NCBI GenBank assembly: GCA_012026655.1
Contig: JAAILG010001348.1
Coordinates: 1-64,000 of the forward strand
Source of the DNA: Hydrolagus affinis
Taxonomy: Eukaryota
Direction: 5' to 3'
Length of the DNA: 64,000 nt
In this document: piece by piece, positions 11,051 to 64,000 of the stretch
Layout of the letters: each line of letters opens with the position of its first letter
Numbering within the stretch: the first letter of the stretch is position 1
The notes under the pieces: generated by a model
Told to the model about the DNA's origin: nothing
The model's database searches: none
The model's input: the letters and a program-made list of their open reading frames with translations, nothing else
Translations under genes and position numbers: made by a program

Positions 11051-14000
11051 TGTTATGGGATTGGAGAGAGATATTCACAAGATCTGTTGGGATGAAGAAG
11101 GCCCTTTGGCACATCCAATCTTTTCCTTCCACAACACCCAGCCAACCATTCCCCTCCTGGACAGCATCAAACTGTTTTTTAGATGAGTCCAAGGTCTCAA
11201 CCATGCTTTTTGCCAACCCTTTCCTGTCATTAATAACAGTGGTCAAGATAGTTTTGCAGATTAAAATCGGTATTGAAATGTAGGGAAGTGTAAAGAATTG
11301 AAGAGGAGAGAGAACAGAATGTGGAAGACAGGAATGTGAGGAGGTTTTGTCCAAAGTGATGGCCAGTTTGTGAACTCAGAAAAAATTAGAAGCTTCAGAT
11401 CAAATACTCTCTTGGGATTTGATCTGAAATTCCAAATTTCAAAGATATTCACAAGATATATCATTTTCAATCCATGACTGTTTGTGGGACACTGCTGTGC
11501 ACAATTGGCTGCCCATTTCGCCCAAAAACATACAGTCAATTGACTTTACACTATATTCTATGAAGCGCTTTGAGACGTCGATAAGATGTGAAAAGCGCTA
11601 CATCAAATGTAAAGATTATTATCATTCTATATTTTTAATTTTCTGTGCCATTCACATATAGTTCCTTTATCAGCAAATGTTTCAAACCCCGCCCACCTGC
11701 ATACTTAAGATAGTGCTAAATTTCAAGAGGTAGAATGTTATATTCTCAACTGACAGTGAGGAGGTTTCGTATTGAATGTTTGTTTACTCTTGGTCTTTGC
11801 CAAACTCACCTATGACCCACACGTTGAAACTACACAACGGATCAAAAGAAAGCGACTGAATCAATCCAGTACTGAGATATGTTAGGGTATCCCTTATTTG
11901 GTATTTTACTAAATCATTTTGGAATATAGGTCTTTAGGGATTAAAACTGCAAGCCAAAAAATATCTTCAAGCTGTACAAAATATCAAAAAGCACAATAAT
12001 GTATATTTGTAAATATTTAAAATGCTTTTGTATATCTGGGACTACATTGATTTAGGTTAATATGATCTAACATTTGATGAAAAATAATGCTAATTTAATT
12101 GCATAATTAATGTATGCACCAATAATCCTGTGTAAATTGCTTTTGGAATGGGGTTCAAATATTGTTATATTTTTGTAAAATGTTTAATTGTACCTTTCTA
12201 AATAAATATTTGGATTTCCATGTGTTGCTTGAATTGTTACTAAATTCGTGGAGAAGAACTTTTAATCTTTAAAACCATGAATATTTCCCAAAGGCTGAAC
12301 GGTCCTGTGCGAAAGAGAGAACTTTTTATGGCACCTTATTCAGCAAGAATCTCAAAGGGCTTGATAGTTAGTACCTGGTGTTGTGCATTTTCATCGATAA
12401 ATGCAGCAGCTATTTACACCAGTGAAGTCCCACAGATAGTACTCTAAATGGCTAGCTTTGCATATGGTTTTAGCTGATTAGGCTTCAGTAGTACCCTGAT
12501 GGACTTTCTGGAATTACCCTAGCCTTGGTTCTTGCTAAACTTCACCCTGAACCCTCCACAATTAAGTAAAGAAAATGAATCCCTCCAGGGATAGATTACA
12601 TATCCCATTCCAATAAATAGCACTATAATTCCCATGTGTAGATGGGATAGATGGAACTCTGTTTGGTTGACATCTCGTTGATATTGGAGATCTGACTGTA
12701 CATCAGTTATGTTTGAGGTGTAAACAGTGCAGTACAACACCACACTGGATGCTATAATGTCAAATTCCAGCAGGAGGTTTGAACACACAACTCCCATTGA
12801 TCCAGAGATCAATTTTACTAACTAACTTGTGTTATTTGCTGATTGAGATCTTGGGATATCACTATTCAAATGTAGTTTGTTGATGTTGATAAGGTAAGGC
12901 TGTTGTTCTCTAGGTATAAACAACTTGTGAACGCTTGTATTCGCTATAAACGTTTATTTATATAAACTCCCTCGCACATTGGAATTGTAAGAGGTTCGGA
13001 TGGAGACAATCAAACAGTGGCGTAATAATCCAAGGTTTATTTAGTAATACAAACAGCTTAACTTTTTCTTAAAACTGAGAATCATAAGTACAGTAGGATA
13101 TTGATTCCACTGGGAAAGTGTGCTGACCCCCTACACAACTATTTCAAAATTACATCTTTTATGTGTCTCTAACTCTACCTCCCTTCCCCTTTAGAGATAG
13201 CCCCCACTCTTCAAATGCTGCTTTGCATACAGAGATATGGACATCTTCTGGGCAGCCTTACACAGGCCTAAACATATATATATATGTATACCGGTATGTA
13301 TATATATATATATATATAATAGCCTTAAGAAACATTAAACATCACAAATATATTGTTACAGAAAGGGCACTGAGCATGGGAGAAGAGGGCGATGACCATA
13401 GGCGGAATTGAAGAGGTAAGTCTTCAGGTGGGATTTAAAGCCAAAGAGGGGTGAGGCAGTTAAATGAGGTTTCAGAGGTTAAGTAGCAATGGAAGTGCTG
13501 ATCCCTGGACTATCATAAATTAATTTGCAACTAATATCCCTATTATTAATATAGGAAATGCTTTTTATGGCAGGTTTGAATCCATATTGTTAAAGCCATC
13601 AATTGCTAATAAAAAAGTATTGATATTGCATTAGAAACAGAGTAGGATGCAATTTGCACATTGTGGGATTTCTGTGTGTATCTCATGTTGAACAAGTTGC
13701 AGGTGTCAGTGTTTGATCCACAAACACTTAACAAGCTAGAGCTGTTAGCAATCTGAACCATCTGAGGTTTGTTCCAGGAACAAAGAGGGTCTTGGTATGT
13801 GTCTCATAGGGGTGTTTAAAGCTGTGCTATTTTGCAAGGATCTTCGCCACTTTGTGAACCTGATATGTAAGTGTTACCATTTACTGCACTGTTTACACTA
13901 CAATCACAACTTAGGTATCACCCACATATAAATCACATAGAAATTGCGTTTGCCTTGAATTTTGGTTACATTGCGGTTGTGGAGAAATGTATCAAATTAT

Positions 14001-14884
14001 TTACCAAATGTATTACTCTGTATTTGCTGGTCCTGCTGTGCTTTGGGGGAGAGAGAGAGTGCATGGAAATGGAGCCTTTTTAAAAGATTTATGTCATGTA
14101 ATGGAGGATTAAACTACAGCAGTTGAAATTTGACCCCCTGAAGGGTGTGTTAGATCTTTTGTGCTTTAGCTTTCTTTAATGTAGAACCATACTCAGTTCA
14201 ATAGGAGACATACACTATTGTTCCTTCCTGTATGTGTGTGTGCGCATGGCAATATCATGACAAACTCCTACCCGGGAATTTTATTGCTAAACAGTTCGCC
14301 AACAACTGCTCTAGCTTTCTCTGCCCACCCCACTATCTTCAGAACCTTTAATCATTTACATTCTGCAATAAAATGCTCCCTTTGGTTCTTGGTTTGTCTT
14401 AATCCCAGCTATTGAGCACATAGCTGCTGAAACTCTAGAACATGTACCTGAAACTACAGTACTTGGTCAAAGTTGTAATGTAATGGGAGCTAAGTACTGT
14501 ATAAAGGTCAGAGTACAGTACACATTCTTTGGCTTGAATTTTAGTGGATTAAGGTGTTTTTTTGACACTTTGCTAAACGAACGAAATCGCTGGGTAGTAA
14601 CTTGTCAGTTAATGGAATTTGTCTTCGTTTCGGTTCATCGAACTAAATAGTCTCGTTCCGCATACCTCCGGGAGAAATGTACACTAACTCGTCTCTCCGT
14701 GACTTCCTTCCCCCAATACTGTGTCATGTTTCCTGTGAACCTCGCCCTCATTTGCAACTCAGCCTTGTGATTAGACTTCTCACCGTGAATCAATTGTGTG
14801 TGTGTGTGTGTATGTTTGCGCCATCTGGTGGGTGATAATTTATATTTTTAAAAATAGAGGGATTAGGGGATAGGGCAGGTAATT

Positions 14885-14969
14885 AGAGTTAAGTCAGAAG
14901 ATCAGCCATGATCTTATCAAATGGTGGGGCAGGCTCGAGGGGCCGAATGGCCTACTCCTGCTTCTAATT
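14885..14969 (+). mobile_element. CR1-type 3' tail (shark HER1/HE1-like) abutting a gap
   Basis: gatcagccatgatc...gaatggcctactcctgc. Related tails occur near 16080-16380, 24540-24720, 31830-31945, 51265-51335 and 58690-58810. Confidence 0.65.
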
Positions 14970-15069
14970 NNNNNNNNNNNNNNNNNNNNNNNNNNNNNNN
15001 NNNNNNNNNNNNNNNNNNNNNNNNNNNNNNNNNNNNNNNNNNNNNNNNNNNNNNNNNNNNNNNNNNNNN
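14970..15069. other. Assembly gap (100 N)
   Basis: Run of N. Confidence 1.
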
Positions 15070-18000
15070 TTGGTCATTTCAATCCACGACTGTGTGTGGG
15101 ACACTGCTGTGCGCAATTGGCTGCCGCGATTCGCCCACAAATATATACAGTCAATTCACTTTACAGTATATTCTGTGAAGCGCTTTGGGACGTTGGTAAG
15201 ATGTGGAAAGCGCTATATCAAATGCAAGGATTATTATTATATTATTATAATACTGTAATAATAACAATCTTTACATTTAATATAGAGCCTTATCACACCT
15301 TTGAGATGTCTCGAAAAGTGGTTTTCAGGATATACTTTTGCCCACAAAATATACAGTCAATTCACTTTACTGTTTATTCTGGTAACAACAGCCAAATTGC
15401 ATTTTTATGGTGCCTTTCAAGTTGGGAGGACGTCCCAAGGCGCTGGAAGTACTTTAAGCACTCAGGTACTATATAAATGCTAGTTGTTGTTTTCTGCAAG
15501 AGGTGGTAAGGCGCTATATCAAATGCCAGGATTATTATTACTGTAAAAATTGGTATGTATTATGGGTGAAATATGATGTCGCTTAAATTGGATTTGGTTT
15601 GATCTGAGTTTAAAGTTGCTGTGTGGTGAAAATTGTGTTTTAACCGACTTAACCTGAAAGTATTTTTTGCACTTTTCACACCTATATTAACTTATGAAGG
15701 TGGTATAGCCATGCTCTGTACTGTGTCATTTGTATTGTGACCCCTTTTACCAAATGCTACTGGGCAAAACAGAATTGTGATGGAAGTATGTGAACTTGAA
15801 AGATATTTGAATGGCTTGGAGCCAGACAGAGTGGTTGGCAAGGATGTAAAATATAAGGTTTCTCCCACAAAACATACAGTCAATTTACTTTATAGTATGT
15901 TCTGTGAAGCGCATTGAGACAGCTCAAATACATCATAAAGTGCTATATGAAATGCAAGGACTATTATTATTTAGGTTAGAAAGTAGAAAGATGATCCTTC
16001 AACTATAGTCATCAACAATAATTTACATTCGTTCATAATCCCGGAATATTGATTTTTATAAAGTTATTAAAACGTTATTGAAGAACAGGTCTGTTAGGTT
16101 ATGGGGAGAGAGCTGGGCAGTGGGATTGAGTTGCTCTTTTCAAAGAGCCAGCATAGACTAGATGGGATGAATGGCCTCATTTGTGCCGTATGGTTCTATG
16201 AAAAGAAACGGGAAGTTAGGAGAAATTTTTTCACACAGCAAGTTGTTCAGATCTGAAATGCATTACCTGAAAGGTTGGTGGAAGCTGATTTGATAATCTC
16301 TTTTAAGAGAGAAATAGATAATTATTTGGGGAGAACAAGTTTTCAGGACTATGGGGAGAGCGCGGGGGAAAATGGGATTATTTTTCACTGTGGCCAGACT
16401 AATTTAAATTACATTAAGTGTGACAAATGGAAATAAGGGAAGCTGAATTCTTAAAAAGGAAGTAGAACTTTACTGTATATGGATTGCAAATGTACTGTAT
16501 AATTTATTCTGTAAATGAACCAGTGTTCAATCAAGCAATGGTGTCTTAACTTGTGATTGATTATGCTTTAAGGGGATTTGAATCCTAGTGGGGCAGATGG
16601 GATTTGAATCCTCATGGGATAAATCCTTTACATAGACTGAGAACTGCTGTGATAGTTTTTGTCGGTGAACGTCACAGCCATTTTATGCACAATAAATTAT
16701 TATATTACAATGGGTAATATGAGGAAGCACTATTCTTTCAAAAGGGACAGCACAGACTCAATGAGCTGAAGAACTGTATCGTATTCTGTACATTTCTATT
16801 GGCAACTGTAGTGAAAGCCAATTCATTTAAAAATGTTTTCTGGTAAATCCAACTGAAAGGAGAATAAAATACCTTGATTAAGCCAGTGCAAAGTGAAGTG
16901 ACAACGTTGTAGCATTTTGTTTGGTCAGCTGGGAGTCTTTATACCTGTAATTGGCATATTTTAAGTACCCAAAGCCAGTATTCTACAGGAAAATTTATAG
17001 AAATTAGAGCATGCATTCCCCCCCACCCCAGCCCCCTTCCCCAGAGGAGGGGGACATTAGATAAGTACCTGCTTATCTAATGCTAGAATGAATCAGGCTA
17101 GCAAGAGCCAGTTGTGTGCATAGGGCATTGTTGCCCAACCTGTGACACAGGGCCTATCAAAAAGCACCTGTCCCCACTCCCGAACATTTGCACATGCCTA
17201 GATAAATCTGTGTATAATCTGTATTATTTTGGAATTTTTTCTTGATTGAATATGTGGTTTGTAGCTACTAGAATTTTACCAGCCAAAACTTCACAGGTTA
17301 CCACTGCAAACGTGGTTGTCTAGTAAACTTTTTGCTGTTTGTTCAGTGAGGACCATTTTACTCATTAGACTTCCAGTGTTCATGCATTGTAGACTTTCAG
17401 TGTAAATGGGAGACGACTGCATAGAATACCTGCCCACCCCAAATGGCTGGTCTATCTCTTCTAAATTCACCTGACTAGTCAGCTATTAACCATGCCTTAG
17501 AATCCTGAGCTCCAGTCTTGTTTAGGAATGGGATTATTAATTATTATTGCCAACACCACTACAATGGATCTATTGCCTGGCAGGGCTCCTGTTTTCCTCC
17601 ACCCCTCTCTGAGTATCTGTATCTATAAGTGAAGTCCTCAGGCATATTGGTTAGAGCACTTGCCTTGCAAATGAGAGGATTGGGGTTTAAATTTTGTACC
17701 GGGCGAAATGCCTAGACAAGGTTCCCAAGGTTAGACATGTTAGACATGTTCTCCGCATGTCTTTGTTTACCTAGGGGTAAGTAGAAACCCAGTAGTTAGT
17801 CGATTGGCAGATTGTTTTTCGGTGAGAAATGATTCCCTTGAAATATTGATAATTTAGTTGATTTAACTAAATTTTCAATCAACGACTGTTTGTGGGACAG
17901 TGCTGTGTGCAATTGGCTGTCAAGTTTTGTCACAAAATATCCAGTCCATCCACTGTACAGAATATACTGAAGCGCTTTGAGACGTCTTGAAGACATGAGA

Positions 18001-18971
18001 AGGTGCTATATCAAATGTAAGGATTATTATTATGATTGCAAACGTTGCCGTACAGGTTATGGGGAGCTCCTTAGAGCTGGCATTGCAGGCTAAGCTTTGA
18101 CATTAAGTGAAGCTGTTGAATTGGAATGGCAGCAGCAGGTGCCAGTGTTAAATTAGCTCAGTTGCGCAGTGTGAGAGCTGGTAACTATGGCAGCCTTTTA
18201 CTGCTCACAGCAATAAAATATACTGTAATACATTTTCAGCTGTGTTAAGAGTCTTTTACGCAAAACTGGCTGGCGGAAGTTGAGGATGTGTGTAAAATCA
18301 TTAAGGATAGCACTGGATATAGGGCTAAAATCAACAGAAACGGTTAAAAATCGTAGAATTCATCAGTACAGAAAAAGACCATCTCTCGGTATGAGCTATA
18401 TTCAGTCTCACTCCCCTACTTTCCCTATGGATGCATTTAAAAAATATTTATCTATTATTATAATAATCCTTGCATTTGATGTAGTTCCTCATGACATCTT
18501 TGAGAAATCTCTAAGTGCGTCACAGAATATAACAACAACTTTGATTTATATAGCGCCCTCCACGCCAGACGGCGTCTCAGAGCGCTTTGATGTCAAGCGC
18601 TATAATGTCAAGTGAATTGACTATATTAGGAGGGGCGAAATGTGGCAGCCGATTGTGCGCAGAAGTGTTACACAAACAGTTGTGGATTGAGTGACCACAT
18701 CATTATTATTAGCCAATCGACTAACAACTGGGTTCCTATTTACTGCTGAGTAAACAGAGGCATGTGGAGTAAGAACACTTGTCTAAGGTTTCACCCTGCC
18801 CAGAAATCAAACCCAGATTCTCTTGCGTATGAACCAAGTGCTTCCAATCAATAGACTTCACTTTATTCCCTAATCCTGTTCACTAATTCCCTGCACATGA
18901 AAACCTCAACACTCTTTGGTTGGTACAAATTAACCAATGATAACAGTGATTGTTAATAAATAACCTGCAGT

Positions 18972-18977
18972 TTTATT
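18972..18977 (-). terminator. Candidate KCNJ11 polyadenylation signal (AATAAA)
   Basis: AATAAA on the minus strand about 190 nt downstream of the KCNJ11 stop. Confidence 0.4.
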
Positions 18978-19164
18978 TGCTGACAAACAGTTAACTTACA
19001 TTACCTTTTCTGAAAAGTGATCTGACATGCAGGAGATATGTTGAATTACGAGAGAGAAGTGACGGTGAGTTTGTGAACCAATTTGCACATACTCATGCGC
19101 TAGCTGTACCTCCTCAGATCGAACGAGTGTAAGCCTTCCTTGTGGTTTCCATGTGTCCTGGAAG

Positions 19165-20289
19165 TCATTCAAAGATAGCCTTCTTTTTGAATGAGCGCCG
19201 TTTCGACGGCAACTCAAAGACGGGTGCCATGAGAGTGATGCCCTCCGATTCCATGCTCTGTGCGCTAACGTTCGGGGTGGGCACCTTGACTGTGTTTCCA
19301 AACTTGGAGTAATCGACCGAGTACTTCCCGTCTTCCTCCGTCACCACCGGCACAAAGCGATGGCCCCAGAGGATCTCGTCGGACAAGTAGGAGGTCCTGG
19401 CTTGGGTGGTGATGCCCGTCGTCTCCACCACCCCCTCTAGGACCACAATGACCTCCAGCTCCTGGCGTTGGAGATCGGCGGGCTTCACCGTGTACAGGGG
19501 ACTGTCCTTGTCGATGATGTGTGAGATGACCAGCGGGGACACCAGGAAGATGCCGTTGGTGTCTACCGGGTTGTCCATGCGGATGTCGATCTGGTTGAGG
19601 GGCTGGACCTCGCCTTCCGCGGTCTCGGTCTTGCAGACCACCTGCATGCGGATGCTGGCGCTGATGATCATGCTCTTCCTCAGGTCGCCCACCCTGAACA
19701 TGAAGCACAGCTGGCTGTGCCTGGGGGCGATGACGGCGTGCTTGCTGAAGATGAGGGTCTCGGCGCGCCGGTGGGCTTGCGAGGTCTTCATGAAGATGCA
19801 GCCCAGCATGATGGCGTTGATGACCAGCCCCACGATGTTCTGGATGATGAGCACGGTGATGGCGCTCGGACACTCCTCGGTGATCATGCGACCGCCGAAG
19901 CCTATGGTCACCTGCACCTCGATGGAGAAGAGGAAGGCGGAGGTGAAGGAGTGGATGCTGGTGATGCACGGCTGGTTGCTGGGCGGGCGATGGAGGTCAC
20001 CGTGGGCGAAGGCGATGAGCCACCAGATCATGGCAAAGAGCAGCCAACTGCACAGGAAGCTCATGGTGAACACCACCAGGGTATAGGGCCACTTGAAGTC
20101 CACCAGGGTGGTGAAGACATCCTGGAGAAAGCGGCCCTGCTCTTGGATGTTGGTGTGAGCCACATTGCAGGTGCCGTTCTTGGCTACGAAGCGAGCCTGG
20201 CGTCTCCTCTCCTTGTAGATGGGCTGGGACACGTCCTCTGCCAGACGCAGCACATACTCCTCGGGTCGGAGGGCTTTACTGGCCAGCAT
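19165..20289 (-). CDS. KCNJ11: ATP-sensitive inward rectifier K+ channel Kir6.2, intronless, 374 aa
   Basis: TIGFG selectivity filter, [11 protein letters not shown]-terminus and [14 protein letters not shown] motif, collinear with human Kir6.2. Intronless CDS directly downstream of ABCC8, which distinguishes it from KCNJ8. Confidence 0.96.
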   Translation of the reverse strand: MLASKALRPEEYVLRLAEDVSQPIYKERRRQARFVAKNGTCNVAHTNIQEQGRFLQDVFTTLVDFKWPYTLVVFTMSFLCSWLLFAMIWWLIAFAHGDLHRPPSNQPCITSIHSFTSAFLFSIEVQVTIGFGGRMITEECPSAITVLIIQNIVGLVINAIMLGCIFMKTSQAHRRAETLIFSKHAVIAPRHSQLCFMFRVGDLRKSMIISASIRMQVVCKTETAEGEVQPLNQIDIRMDNPVDTNGIFLVSPLVISHIIDKDSPLYTVKPADLQRQELEVIVVLEGVVETTGITTQARTSYLSDEILWGHRFVPVVTEEDGKYSVDYSKFGNTVKVPTPNVSAQSMESEGITLMAPVFELPSKRRSFKKKAIFE

Positions 20290-21250
20290 GCCTGGCCCAT
20301 GCTATAGGTGGCCGGTTGAGGAGGTTGGGTTGGTGGGGCTGTGCCGTGGGTGGATGTGATGGGGGGGAGGCAGGGAGGCCTTCAGTGAGAGCTGGAGCTG
20401 TTCTGAGCTGGAGCTGGACTGACCTGTCGGTGTTACTGTTTTTAGGGGACGAAGGAAGGACGTGCTTTTTTCCCTGTGTTGCCGAGTTCCTCTCCGATTC
20501 CAGCAGAACAGCTGCCCACGCCAGTCAGCACAGCAATCTGATATGTATGTGAGCTCAGTGAGGCAGTAGATACAAGGCTGCAGTAAACAGGGAAGGAGGG
20601 GGGAGGGTGGGTCGGGGGAGGGTGGCGATTGGCACAGAAAGTGTCGGGGGAGAAGGAGGGGAGATGGTTGTTGGAAGGGATTAGACAGTGTTTTGAGAGA
20701 ACAGAGAGATGTTAATATTCCTGGTGTGTGTGTGGGTGGGTGGGTGAGATGGATCCTGTTGTGATTTGCTGGATACTGTTTGGAGGATCCCGTCATTTGC
20801 CAGAACTGTCCACACAATCCCCTCTCGGGAAACCTCCGACCGAACATTGCGATTTGGGAAACGGTGGATTAAAATGTGGCGGAGGATGCAGTGGGAATGG
20901 GGGTGAGAGGCGCTGTCAGAGGCTGTGGGTGGTCCTGAGTTTGGTGTGGCGTACGCGGGGCATGTTTAAAAAAAGGAATTGCCCTGGAGGGAGTGGGGGA
21001 GGCGCGGGGGGGGGGGGGGGGTTAAACCGGGTATCCTTTGAGCTAAACTGTCTCCTAGGTGACATTCCTGGCGATGGGATATCACAATGGAGCCTGTCCT
21101 CAGTGACGCACTCTTATCTAGTCCAGTTCCTCAGCTAAATGAATCCGCAGTATTCTAGCCCAGCCTGGCTCATCGACAGGACTCCCCAAGGACAGACCAG
21201 TCACTGAGGGGGCAGGGATTGATCCCATTCAGCTCCTGTTAATCCTCCAA
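20290..21250 (-). promoter_or_regulatory. GC-rich region 5' of KCNJ11: probable 5'UTR/promoter
   Basis: Raised GC and CpG content with G-runs immediately upstream of the ATG. The TSS cannot be defined from sequence. Confidence 0.4.
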
Positions 21251-22955
21251 AGCCCTGATGTGTGGGTTGGTCCTAGATAGATGGACAAGCAGAGGGAAAG
21301 CTTGCCGATCAGCAGTTTAAGGAATTGTCACCGTGGGAACTGAACTCAAAGGGTCCCACATCCAGAAACATTAACAACGGATTTCTCCAGACGAAGGAAT
21401 GCTTTGTGTATTTGTTTCAAGCCTTAGGGTGTTTAAAGTAATATGAAAACAGAATATAATAAGTAATATGCATACAACGTCTTTAATTATCAAATAATAT
21501 TTTTTTTCCGGGGAGGTTGGTAATGTTTACCTTGAATGAACTGAAGGGTCTTGTCTATACAGTATTACAGTGGGCAGGAAGTTTGCCGCATTGAGATGTA
21601 AAAATATTCCTATCAATAGCGTTTGGAATTGTGGTGAGCTGAAAGTGAACTCGGATTTGTTCCCCCAAAAAATGTTTTGACTTGTCCTTGTTTACTTTTA
21701 AAGGTTTCAATGTATGTATGAGCCTAGATTTGAAACTAGATCAATTTTAAAATATATATATATGTGTGTGTGTTGTGTACTATATATATTGCTCAATTCT
21801 GGAGAGTATTATGCGTAGACCGAAAAGAGCCAAGGGTTGGGGACCCCAGAGAATGTGTTGAGATACTGCTGTAGCTTAACTAGTTTAAAAGCTCTGTATC
21901 TGGCCATTGTGTACATTGACGCCTCACACTACAGGACCAGCCTTACCCATTAGGGATTGAGTTTGCAGGATTAACAGGAGCTGATTGGAAAGAATTCTTG
22001 CTCCCAATGCCTTTCCAAACACGGCTGGTGAGCCACGGCTTGTCCAGCAGTAATGTGAACCTGCCTGGCTCAGGAACTGTATTGACTAAGACTGCCACAG
22101 TTTGCCTCCGTTCTGATAGTATCCTCCAAACATGTAACCTTGCAGCCAGATTAGCTCCATGGGGACCCTGCTGAAATTCTTCTGCCCCACCACCCCCCAC
22201 CCACCTTAGTGTTAGGCACATGGAGATCCTGAGGCACAGGTACCACAATGAGAATTGAGGCAAAATGCAAGCTTTCATTTGTGTCCATTTTTTATCTTGT
22301 CTCATTTCTTTATTAGTGTCATGGGGCATTAGCGAAGTTGACCAGCGTTGTGGGATCTTGTGAACTTGTGAATAAAATGTCGTGGTCTTGGTGAAGGGAG
22401 TGATGTATTAGTGTGTATCAGGTTTTATGTGGTGATTCAACATGGAAAGTTAAGGAAATAGACCATTTGTCCCATTAGACTCCCTTGTGTGAAATCCAGG
22501 TTATTTCATTGCCTGTTATGCAAAAGTCTTGACCTTCCCTTTAATTTGTGTCCTTTTGTAGAGGTAACACCTCGGAGTAAAAATTTATTTAAGCTTCTTG
22601 GCTGCAGGGAGAATGCCTTTTATACCAAGGCTACGCATTTCTGATTTTTATCCCCCACCTGGTGATTTTAAGGCAATAAACACCATATCAAATGCACAAA
22701 GTTTTAAAACAAAGCTGATTTGACTTCCTCCAATGTTATAGCCTCAATGTAACACTGTCAATAATAATCCTTGCATTTGATATAGCACCTTTTTACATGA
22801 TGGTGATTCAAGGTACTTCACAAGATACACCGTAAAGTCGTTTTGACTGTGTTTTGTGGGTGAAATCAAGTGTTTTTAAAGTTTATATTGTGCAGGAATG
22901 GGAGAGGGATGTCTCTTGGACAATAGGAACAGCACACAATCCTTGCAAATCTACC

Positions 22956-22961
22956 TTTATT
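22956..22961 (-). terminator. Candidate ABCC8 polyadenylation signal (AATAAA)
   Basis: First AATAAA on the minus strand, about 44 nt after the stop. Other hexamers exist further on, so usage is unknown. Confidence 0.35.
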
Positions 22962-23004
22962 TACAAATAAGACATTAAGAGAAATTATAGCCAATATCCA
23001 GATG

Positions 23005-64000
<40,996 letters not shown>

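Noticed and set aside
11757-11820. Possible extra coding exon of the Ig gene after a tgacag acceptor
   Set aside because: It closes after about 19 codons with no recognisable motif and would need a frameshift in the last exon.
15070-15370. Regularly recurring short repeats resembling a CRISPR-like array
   Set aside because: They are irregularly spaced, diverged SINE tails in a vertebrate genome, here as a tail-to-tail pair. There is no fixed repeat-spacer periodicity.
17055-17082. Perfect 11-bp hairpin cattagataag / cttatctaatg
   Set aside because: Single short instance with no TSD, family or context. It could arise by chance or local template switching.
19265-20307. Long overlapping ORFs (234 aa on -, 226 aa and 196 aa on +) across KCNJ11
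   Set aside because: These are shadows of the very high GC3 of the KCNJ11 CDS, which suppresses stops in other frames. They have no recognisable domains.
20302-21138. ORFs of 181, 136 and 78 aa upstream of KCNJ11
   Set aside because: Low-complexity Pro/Gly-rich translations of GC-rich promoter or UTR sequence. No support for an N-terminal extension.

Overview
This is vertebrate genomic DNA, probably from a cartilaginous fish. That is an inference from DeuSINE-like and shark-type CR1 repeats and from the degree of protein divergence. The window has two 100-N gaps. Three genes are supported. (1) On the + strand at 897-8448 is a B7-H6/NCR3LG1-like immunoglobulin-superfamily gene whose leader exon was not found. 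Its nine phase-1 exons read IgV - IgC1 - transmembrane - six further IgC1-type domains, so about 690 aa of Ig domains are predicted to lie after the membrane anchor. (2) KCNJ11 (Kir6.2) is an intronless CDS on the - strand at 19165-20289. (3) ABCC8 (SUR1) is on the - strand; 31 exons were traced by hand from part of exon 8 (window edge) to the stop at 23005. The order NCR3LG1-like / KCNJ11 / ABCC8 matches human 11p15.1. The rest is repeat-rich: tRNA-headed DeuSINE-like SINEs, L2 and CR1 fragments, several MITEs, and a fold-back element with 12-15 bp target-site duplications. The most notable signals are the predicted cytoplasmic Ig array, which carries a YEN motif and shows cysteine loss, and a Kir6.2 with Gln at the position of human ATP-site residue R50 and no canonical RKR motif.
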